Assembly: GCF_006345805.1 (NCBI RefSeq)
Contig: NC_042998.1
Location: 193,750,001-193,814,000 of the forward strand
DNA from: Octopus sinensis
Lineage: Eukaryota
Direction: 5' to 3'
Length of the DNA stretch: 64,000 bases
Below, piece by piece: positions 39,137 to 49,465 of this stretch. A program made the position numbers and the translations under genes. Under the pieces are notes generated by a model. The model was given only the letters and a program-made list of their open reading frames with translations, did no database searches and was not told the DNA's origin. Every line of letters begins with the position of its first letter. Within the stretch, counting starts at the first letter, position 1.

Positions 39137-40398
39137 GTGCGTGTGCTTGTGCGTATATGTGTTTGCATGTCTCTGTAGAAGCTGATTTACTAGGAGAAAC
39201 ACTAAAATAAATGGCTGATTAAATTACTTTTAATATTTTAGTTTTATATCTCTCCATTCAAGTTGTAGCGGCGTCTCGGCTTTGCGTTTCATTCCTCAGG
39301 ACTCCATAACTTGAATACCGGTAGTGTGTTGAAGTCAGTTGCATTAGCTTTCCTTTATACATTTGTCACCGTACGTCAATGTATCATGTCTAAATTTTTT
39401 GTATATTTGTGCATCTATACGTGTGTTTGTGATGATCTTTTTAATGTGTATGTGTGTGCTTTCCACACTTTAGAGCCCAACTCACCTTGCACTAAAATGC
39501 GCCTGTATGTTGTCGCTTCACTAGCTAGAAACAGCAGTCGAATCAGCCTCAAAGGCACCCTCTACTGCCTTAAAATATTCCCCTTATCTTTTTTAGTCGG
39601 AAGAAATAGCAATGCCATTGGTCCTCTGCAAAGTATTCGGTAATGGTGAAAGGGAGGGGCGAATGTATCCTCAAACCAGAGTCCTGACCAGAATACTTGC
39701 AAAAGAGTGGTCCCCGTCAAAGGCACCCAGGAGTCAGGTAGGAGTCACCTACGAGTCAGGTTAAACAGAGTTACAGGTTAAGTTTATCATCCCCAAGCAG
39801 GCGAAGGCATCTCCTCCGACACTGACATTTCCGCCAATTCATTGTCCTTGACTGTTACTATATTCACCAACCCCTAGGGGTTGAAAGGCAAAGTTGACTG
39901 CATGGGATTTATACTCAGAATGCAAAGTGCCAGAATAAATACTCTGTCAATGTACTCAAGGTTACGCTACATCTGGGTAAAAAAGAAAAAACAAGACAGG
40001 TGATAGCAATTGAAGATATTTGATCATAAGTTTGCTTGATCAGTGGTGAGCTTGGACTTAACAACTCATTAATACCTATTAATCACACAACTGATATAAT
40101 CCTTAAAAGCAGCCAGGCTCCCAGTAATCAAAGATAACACACAGAAGTTGTTGTTGTTGTTGTTTTGGTGGTGGTGATGGTGTTTACATGACCAGAGTAG
40201 ATCTGATCGGACAATGTTATAATGAAAGCTTTCTAGAACATGTCTAATAATATGTCCTCTTTCTTCTAGACAGTAAAGTATGTTTTGAGGGAAATTTGGC
40301 AGTTATTTCTAGCATTTAGGTCAATCACGAGGGACTCTCTTGCCTCATAGATATTCCGCTAAGACGATTTTATAAAGGGTTCTGCATTATGAAACTTA

Positions 40399-40610
40399 CA
40401 TCGAAGCTTTATCACAAGTTCTGCAATCGGAAATCCGCTGTGACAGTTCTAACTACTGAAATAAATTCTGGAGGCTTTATTGATATATTCTGCATTGTGA
40501 TGTCTATTCTGAAGATGATATCAAGGACTTGCCTTCTGAACAGCGGTAACAAGTCTTCGCAATCTGATAATTTCCTTCTTTGTACTTCATCTGTCTTAGA
40601 ACTATTGAGC
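40399..40610 (-). other. Candidate exon (unidentified)
   Basis: CTTTTGACAG| acceptor and GAT|GTAAGT donor; 65 open codons (LNSSKTDEVQRRKLSDCEDLLPLF...) then TGA TAA. Could be chance. Confidence 0.25.
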
Positions 40611-40677
40611 TGTCAAAAGTAGGTTATTCATGTCTTCTATAAATTGGTTGCTTTAGCATTGTTGCTGCTGCTGCTGC

Positions 40678-40747
<70 letters not shown>

Positions 40748-43030
40748 AAGCAACAATACGGGTAAGGGTAATTAGTTGATGGTCTAGGGCTTAGGGGCGG
40801 GAGACCCCAAACCTTGGAAAAAAAACTTTGGTCGTCTTGTTGTAGTCGAGGGCTCTTCGTTGACGCCCGACACCACTGGGAGGTGGCCCTCGAAGTCGCT
40901 GGAAATGGAGATCTCCAGGTCCAAATTCTTGGACGGCTGCTGTTTTTGCTGCCACAGCTACTGCTGTTTCGATTTTTGTCACTGCTGTGTAACCCCATGT
41001 CAGCCTTGATAGAGCTATTTTATGACGGACAAGTTTTTATTGCTGTGTAATTTCAGATCAGCGTTAACCGAGCAGTCCTATGGCGCACCGATAGTTCACT
41101 GACAATAAGGCACGTCACACATACCCACCTTCCAGATATATCATGTTTTTACTATGCTGAAAACCATGCTGCACCATCTGACATTGTATGCAGTATAGTG
41201 GTCTGGACATATACTCTCTCTCTCCATCCTAAGTCTATTTTTATATGCTTATAGATTATGAAGATATTCACAACAGTGGTGAACACGGTAGACTCAATCA
41301 GAGCGCAACATTTTCTTTTCCTCTGCAATTACTGTTCATAGTGTGCATCTAAGATCAGAGTTTGGTGGGTGACTTGTACATTCGTTCATATTTTTAACAG
41401 ACAATAATATCATTAGTTATATGGGACTGTAATAACTCGAAAAAAGCTGTAATCCAGAGGTGAGCTACTGAGCTGTGATGATTGATAAAATGATAATTAG
41501 TTTGCATGGTTTTCTATAGAGCTGTCGACGAAAATAAAACAACATAATATACTAGTCACTACCATCTGTAGATGTAGTGAAAATCCGTGGAGAAAAAATT
41601 ACGGTTGAGAAAAGCAGCATAAAAGTACCATAGAATGAAATTACTCTGTTTATCAGAACAGTCTATTTTCGGATCAGCCATTTCAGGAGAGAATAATTTA
41701 ACTTCTGTACGAAAATACATCTGCCGACCCAAGTTCATATCTTGGAACAGATAGTTAGAAGTAAAATATTTCAAATATCTCTATACAAAAAAAAATGACA
41801 TGAAAAGGTGACAATTTTAGCAGAAGACATGATTAACTTGATAGCGATGTTGACATATGCCACTACGAATGCATCAGTTACGAAAAACTATGCATAGGCT
41901 GCAGACGTGATGTGTGAACGATACGAACTAGCACCGATATATTTTGCACCAGCGGAGAAGATTTCCTGCAGCGATATATCGGAGGAGCGTAGCTTTCCTA
42001 GAAAATCCAGAAGAAAGCTACCAATGACGAACACGGCAGCAAAAAGACCTTGGGGTAAATGAATTGTAGCTGGGAAACGGAGTGTCGAGGTAGAAAAACT
42101 TATTGCTTCGTGGTTTCTTACTATCAGAAGAACGTTCTCAGTTTATGAATTGATTGCCTGTCAACCGATGAGTCCAGCTGATAATATCAGCAATCTAATC
42201 ATCACACATGAGTAAAGTAAATGTAAATTACTAATGCGACAGCAGTGTTTCGTTTTGATCTTATAAGGTACAATAGAATAAATATATAAAATTCAGTCAA
42301 TACTTCATATGTAAATTAATCTCAGTTAAACACACTCGATGATTTAAATAACTCTCTTTTGTGCAATCTCTCCCTGAACAGAAAAACCTGAATCAGCTGG
42401 AAAAGTTTCCATCCTTTACTGGAATTTCCTCAGCAAAGGAGCACCCGTCTATGACTCCCTCCAGAAACATTATTGAGGAGCTTACTTTCAAAACCGGTAT
42501 GAGTGCATATTTGCTCGATTTCATGATAACCATTAAAACACAATTTGCAAGCTGCTGGCTTCACGCACGTGAAATATTTTTCAGTCAAACTGGGATAGAG
42601 GCCATATAAACAGTAGGCGAATCTTAATCTTCCAATCAAAATCAGATATATTCCAGTTGTTTTAAACAATTACTCAAAAGCCATCCTGATGCATATATCC
42701 GGTTTTGAAAGTAAGCTCTTCAATGACAGACACTATTACAAAGAGCTTCACCAAAACGGTTAAATTGATTTGCATAGATAACGCCTTTTTAGAACGTATT
42801 TTAATTAATAAATTTCAGTTCTGTTTGTAACTTCATTTAATTTATATACGTTTAATTTTGATTTATAAAAGTAATATTGATTGAAATATATAGATATATC
42901 TTATACTAAATTATCACAAATTAAATGTAATTCTATCCTAAATAATTTTTGTGTGTGTTTCTATGTCAATGTGGCCATAACACTGATATTATCATTCCAT
43001 AACAGGATTAGTTGTTAATATTGTCATTAA

Positions 43031-43784
43031 GGCACAAGCTGGCAGAATCGTTATCACGCCGAGCATCATGCTTAGCGGTATTTCGTCTGCCGTTACGTTT
43101 TGAGTTCAAATTCGCCAAGGTCGACTTTGCCGCTCATTCCTTCGGGGTCGACAAAATTATTACCAGTTGAGCACTGAGGTCGATGTAATCGACTTACCCA
43201 CTCCTCCAAAATTGCTGGCCTTGTGCCAAAAATAAAAACCAATATTAATATTGTCATTAAGGCGGTGATCTGACAGGATCGTTAGCACGCCGGGCGGAAT
43301 GCTTAGCGGTATTTCGTCTGCCGTCACGTTCTAAGTTTAAGTTCCACCGAGGTCGACTTTGCCTTTCATCCTTTCGGGGTCGATAAATTAAGTACCAGTT
43401 ACGCACTAGGGTCGATATAATCGACTTAATCCGTTTGTCTGTCCTTGTTTGTCCTCTCTATATTTAGCCCCTTGTGGGTAGTAAAGAAATAGTTAATATT
43501 GTCAATAAGCCACCAGCTGGCAGAACCGTTATCACGCCGAGTTCAAATTCGCCAAGGTCGACTTTGCCGCTCATCCTTCGGGGTCGACAAAATAAGTACC
43601 TATTTCTTTATTACCCACAAGGGGCTAAACATAGAAGGGACAAACAAGGACAGACAAAGGTATTAAGTCGATTACATCGACCCCAGTGCGGAACTGGTAC
43701 TGAATTTATCGACCCCGAAAGGATGAAAGGCAAAGTCAACCTCGTCGAAATTTGAACTCACAACGTAACGACAGACGAAATACC
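43031..43784. mobile_element. Nested SINE-A cluster at the left flank of the LINE
   Basis: Plus-strand copies at 43031, 43261 and about 43509. The third is interrupted at AAGTACC (43599) by a minus-strand SINE-A (tail 43600, body to 43784) whose head lies beyond the LINE at 49101-49163. Confidence 0.85.
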
Positions 43785-44039
43785 AATTTCTTTATTGCCC
43801 ACCGGGGGCCAAACATAGATATGGACAGTACAACTGATGGGATCAGTGAATCGATATGATTTTACATAAATGTGACATCAAAAATAAAATACAATACATA
43901 AAAATCGAATGGAATACACTACAAAAACAATACAAATGAAGCGATGATCAAGTTACGCTCCGATCCCACAAGCCCCGATCTACCGCTGATACCTTTTTAT
44001 TTTTCCTTTTTTTTTTTTTTTTTTTTTTTCCTCGTCTAT

Positions 44040-47000
44040 TCACACGGTTCCTTGCACGCACAACACTCGTGCAACATACTTCCATCTCTTTTGGAACGTA
44101 CACTCTGACAGACACCTCTTCTCCAGCCACAGTTTCCTTTTCAAATGAAAAGAAAAAAAGGATCGTAAATTGTCACCAGAGATAAAGTTGCCTGTCTTAA
44201 TTCCTTTTATCCTAGTATTCCATACAGCCTCTTTTGCTATTGCTACAACCGTGAGAAAACAATTCTTACCTTCGTTCGTTAGAACTCCCGGTGGGTCAAT
44301 TTTTATAATTGACTCAGTCGACAGCCGTACTCTTCCTTCGCCGGACAACAGATGTTCAGCATAAGCCCACATTTCAGTTATCTCCGGACACTGAACAATA
44401 GCGTGAGGGACGGTTTCCCTGTCCCCACCGCATCTTGGACAGGTCGGCGACTGACGTTTACCATGTCTTGCGAGCTTATCCCAAACGGGCAAGGCACCTC
44501 TGTAGCATTGCCAGGTTAAGGACTTTTGGAAGTTGTCCAACGTTCTCAACCCGAATGTACGATGAAACAAGCTGTCCAGTTGAATAAATCCGAGACCTAG
44601 AGTCGACCCCAGGCCATCGTCGCATTCAGACTCTACCAACCCACTATATAAAATCCGTGTGGAACCCCCACCGCTGGCGTTGCCCGAGCGCCGGAACAGC
44701 AAGAGGGCCTTACGGCACTCTTTATGCCACTCACTCGACCTCGGTCTACGAGAACACCAGGCTTCCTGTTCGCAAAAACTCTTGAACTCAGGGAACATTT
44801 GTCTGGCCAGCGGAGACCACACCCGTTCACTATCCAGGAGAATCCAGAGGTGCCTCAACCTCAACGCATGTCTGCGCATCATTAACCAAGGCATCCCTAA
44901 ACCTCCATTTAAAGGCTTTTGACAGCAGACAGAGCGTTTCACAAGTGGCGACCTGCCCTTCCACAAAAAGCGAAAGAGCTGTCTCTCCAACCTGATCAAC
45001 CACGAATCCGGACAGGGCACGACAGTCAGGCGGTAGGTAATGACCGATGCGATAAACACATTGGCCACTTCCGCCCTCCCTTTCAGGGATAGCCACCGCC
45101 AAGACCAAGTCTTGACTACTGCAGCCACCCTGCTCAATACCTCCGTCCAGTTCTTCTCTATCTGGAGGCCTGGTCCAAACCAGACTCCCAGCAACTTAAC
45201 CGGTCCCTCCGTCCAGCGCCTAACAACACTGTCTGAAGGCATCGACTTGCCAACCCAGGTGCCGAGCTGCAAGCCGACCGACTTTTCCCGGTTAATCTTT
45301 GCTCCTGCTACCTCCTGGTAAGCCTCAATAGTCTTACCTACTTCACGTAGGCGTACCACTGTGGTTACACTGATAGTGATATCATCCGCGAAAGCCGTAA
45401 CAAACTCCTCTAGTCCTGGTTCTCTCGGGATGCCACTCAACCTTTGCAGTAATGGCTCGAGAGCCATCACATACAAAAGTGGTGAAAGCGGACATCCTTG
45501 ACGAACCGAGCGTCTGATGCAGAACGGCTTCGAAAGGAAACCGTTCACCCGAACTATCGAGTCAATGTTGTGGTACAAAGCGATAAACCACCTGAGGAAG
45601 CCAAGGCCCAGGCCAAACCGCGCAAGTACAGTCGCTAGGTATCGATGGTCAACCCTATCAAAAGCTTTAGACTGGTCCAATGCACCAATGCCCCACCTTG
45701 CCAGATTTATTACCAAACCTCTCTATGGTATAGCGAATAAGATGGAGGGTATCCTGAATGGTTCTGCCTGGGATGGCACATGTCTGTGCCTCCCCGACTA
45801 TACCATTCGCGACACGCGCCAACCTTTTTGCTAGAACCTTGGCCAAAATCTTCACTTCTGCGTTTAACAGAGTGATGGGCCTGAAATTCTCTAGAACGTC
45901 CCCCTTGTCCGGGTCCTTTCTGACCACGTCACTACTCCCCGGCGCACAGATCTGTTTCCAGTTCGCGTACCGTCAGTCAGTAGTTGCCCGAACAAGTCTG
46001 GCATACATTTATACAGCTCGTACGGAAGACCATCAAGTCCCGGTGACTTACCCGCTTTACAATCGGCCAAAGCCTCCATCACCTCCTCAAGTGTGATTGC
46101 CCTTCGCAAGACTCCGCATCCGACCCCGAGAGGCACGGCAGCCCAGTAAGAAAGTCCTCGAGGGCTCTCCCCCACCAGGACCGCCGTCACCCCCGAACAG
46201 CTGGGCGAAGTACTCCCGAAAGACCTCACACATTTTCTCGGGTTCGTTTATCAAGACACCATTTTGATTCGTCAAAGACCGAATAGAGAAACTATTTCCT
46301 TGCCGAGCTTCCACCACTCGGGCCCATCCAGCGGCTTTGATTCCTTCACTTCCCATTGCACGTAACTTAGCTCTGGTAATACTTCCCATGTGGTGGGCTT
46401 CAAGATGCTGGTTTAACTCCAGTCTTTTCACCCTCGCTTGGTCTGTATTACCAGTCCTCCAGGCTTCTTCTAGTTCCTTAACTAGACCATCTCCTATTTT
46501 ACGTCCCTTCTTAGCTAAACTTATGCTAAACCTAATAGACTCATATTTGATGGCTCTTTTTAGGGCGTACCACCATTTGTTATTAATGATGGTACCTGTT
46601 AATGCCCTCTGTATTAACATCTTGATCCGCTTTCTGTACTCCTCAATCGCCAAAAGGGACATATTGAGTTTCCAGTAGCCAGATCCCTGTCTATGCAACT
46701 TATCTACCGTCAGTTTACAGGTAACCATCTTGTGGTCACTGTAGCTGACTAGAAAAAACTGTGGACACTCAACTATGGACTTATCTTTTTCTCTAATTAA
46801 AATCCTATCTAGATATGTTCTGGTAGACCCGTCACTATTTGACCACGTCCACTGTGGAGTGTTCGGGTGCTCCAACCTTATGGATCTGCTAGCTGAAATT
46901 GACTTAGCAGATCCCGAAAGCCTGTGTTACATTTTCTGTTCATGTTCGAGTTTGAGCCAACACAATCTGTGTGCTGCACATATTGTATTAGAGTCTCCTA

Positions 47001-47414
47001 ACACTAGTGAATGCGACGTGGCTAGGAACTTTCCTAGGCCACGAAATATTCAGTTTGCGGGCCAATAATGTTTGGTGCATAAATAGCGACCAGCCTGATT
47101 GTCTTGCCATAACTGAATGTCAAGTCGAGAACGACCAGCCTGCCTTCTGGGTCAGAAAAAAACCAACTTTTTCTCGGCTACCCGGTTTCTTTTTAGTAGG
47201 ACCAACACCCCCCCCCACCTCCCGCCCGACTCGGAGAAACGTATTTCTCGTAGCCGTTCAGGAGGGGGAGCAGATCTCTTGCCCCTTCACCCGGGTTTCC
47301 GTTGCAAACAATTACATCCAAATTTCTCGACCTGATGTCATTCAGAAAGCGTCCTTGCTTCCAGCTTGACAACAGGCCATGAACATTTAAACAACCAATG
47401 TGAATAGCCATCAC
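44040..47414 (-). CDS. LINE ORF2: AP endonuclease + reverse transcriptase + C-terminal Cys motif (several frameshifts)
   Basis: N-terminus IGCLNVHGL; APE motifs YLDRIL and SDHK; GKSPGLDGLPYELY; NFRPITLLNAEVKILAKVLAKRL; LDQSKAFDRVDH; SVRQGCPLSPLLY; AFADDIT; C-terminal CPRCGGDRETVPHAIVQC. Split across ORF-track pieces 47193-47414, 46087-46875, 45891-46229, 45667-45927 and 44040-45716. Confidence 0.92.
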
Positions 47415-47624
47415 TTACCTGTTTAATTAGGATTGTCCGGTGGAGGGGGACCCTCCACCTTTTTTTTATCCAGGTCGGGGTGGACGGTCTTGGGAAATAG
47501 ATTTGTCAAAATCCCGTCTCACCACCGACAGAATTATCAGGTGGAGGGGGAATCTCCACCTTTTCCTTTTCTCGCGGGATCGGAGCTGGTAAATCCATGA
47601 ATATCGACTTGTTAAAATCTAATC

Positions 47625-48936
47625 TCAATGAAGATACAGTCTTTCTGTACTTATTTTGTAGAATTCTATAAGTCTTATTTGAGACTTCATATATGTCGTA
47701 ATTGATAAATTCCTCTGAAAGGTTATCATTTTTTTTACAGTCTTTATGAGTTGAATGTCTCTCATGAGCTCAGTATCTTTAGTGTATACGGCTATTATGC
47801 CTTTTTCTTCTTTCTCTTCTGGCAGTCTTTTTTGGGTCGTTGTTCTGTAGTAGTCGCCGCTCTCGGCTGGGTTGCTGTTGTATTTTTCTTTTGTTTGTTG
47901 TTTTTTTCTCATCTGTTTCTTCTTATCTTCTCCTCTTTGTCTTTTTTCTCCTCTTCCTCCTCTTTCATTTTCCTTGCAGTTCCTTCGAATGTGGCCTAAT
48001 TGACCACATAAAAAACATCGAGGTTTTCGGCCCTCAACAAACACCACGAGGTTCTCCTCCCCTACCTCAATTGTCTCAGGAATTGTTTGAATTATTTTAG
48101 GGTCCGCTTGAATGAGAAGATTAATTGTTTTACCATCCCAGCGTGGTTTTCCGTAGCGGTAGCCTGGAGGAGAGTAATTTTTTTCTACCTCTTTGATTAG
48201 GACTGCCGCCACAACCACATAGGTTCGACCTCTGGCGGGACCCTTGTAATTTTATTCGCGACGTCCTCATCCCCATATAATAGGGTATTAACTCCACGTC
48301 GTTCGTTTTCATCACGTTTCCACTGAGTTCTTGGTGCTATTTCTTTATTGGTGAACCTTACTTCCACCGTTCCGAATTTTTTTCCTCTTCTCAGAAATAC
48401 TACGTCGCCCCAATATTGGCTTTAAGCACTTTTCTATTTTCTCTTCTGACATTCTTTCAATTTTTCTATTTTGTAGACAATATGTTGGAAAATTATTGTT
48501 TTTTTGCTTTTCTTCCTGTAATAACTTTTGCGGAGGTTCAATTTTCACACTGTTGTCATTTATTTCCATCATTTGCTGTATTTCATAATTTCGCTTTATT
48601 CGTCGACAGTATCTGGGTTCCACCCCCAGCAGCCAACGCAAACTTTTTTTTCCATTTTTTTGTTCTATCTGGATGCTAGGCACATCAATTATCTCTTCGA
48701 CACAATGCCTTTGTTCTCTGGCAAAGTCGGAACCTCTTGGGGTGAAAGTTCTGACGAGCTCTCAGACACCATCTCAAAAATATCAAATATATATCCTCTC
48801 TGCTATTCCTTCTTGTAGCGGGGGAAACCCCTATTTCCTTGTCTGTAGTTGGCTCCTCGCCGGACATGTATTTCCTCCTCTCAACAGGAGAAACAAGTAT
48901 TTCTGCTCCAACGGTAGGCTCCATGCTAGACGACAT
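47625..48936 (-). CDS. LINE ORF1 (gag-like, CCHC zinc knuckle), frameshifted
   Basis: RKPRCFLCGQLGHIRRNC knuckle in the 47625-48218 piece. Upstream pieces in other frames start at MSSSMEPTV. Position upstream of ORF2 is typical of Tx1/L1. Confidence 0.75.
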
Positions 48937-49100
48937 TCTTCCCCCCAAGGGGGGAATGAACAACGCGTGCTACCACAAGCACTAAGTGTTTTCAATTGAA
49001 AACTCCAACAGTTAAGTTATTCAACAGTTTAACAAGAAACAACAGTTGTTAACAATATTAACACCACGAAACAGCAATTCTTACTTCACGAACACATGTG

Positions 49101-49465
49101 CGACAGACGAAATACCGCTAAGCATTTCATCCAGCGTGCTAACGTTTCTGCCAGCTCGCCGCCACTTGAGCACTGGGATCGAAGTAATCGACTTACCCAC
49201 TCCTCTGAAATTGCTGGCCTTGTGCCAAAAATAAAAACCAATATTAATATTGTCATTAGAGCGGTGAGCTGGCAGAATCGTTAGCGCGCCGGGAGAGATG
49301 CTTTGCCCGTCTTTACGTTCTGAGTTCAAATTCTGTCAGGATTAACTTTGCCTCTCAACCTTTCGGGATCGATACAATAAGTACCAGTTGAGCATTGGGG
49401 TCGATCTAATCGACGTAAACCCTCTTCCTCCCCCGAAAAAGCTGTCCTTGTGCCAAAATTCGAAA
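49101..49465. mobile_element. Head of the LINE-interrupted SINE-A (minus), remainder of the older plus copy, and a further plus copy
   Basis: 49101-49163 is the reverse complement of GGCGGCGAGCTGGCAGAAACGTTAGC...GGTATTTCGTCTGTCG. 49164-49230 resumes the interrupted plus copy. A new head starts at about 49260. Confidence 0.85.

Larger units (their letters stand above)
43785..49100 (-). mobile_element. Full-length Tx1/L1-clade non-LTR retrotransposon (about 5.3 kb) inserted in a SINE-A head
   Basis: Two ORFs (gag-like ORF1; APE+RT ORF2). Flanked by an exact 16-bp direct repeat CGACAGACGAAATACC at 43769-43784 and 49101-49116. The 3' end reads ...GGTGGGCAATAAAGAAATT on the minus strand. Confidence 0.93.

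Noticed and set aside
42473-42727. Inverted repeat with arms of about 38 bp
   Set aside because: Short, imperfect and with no associated element; low information.
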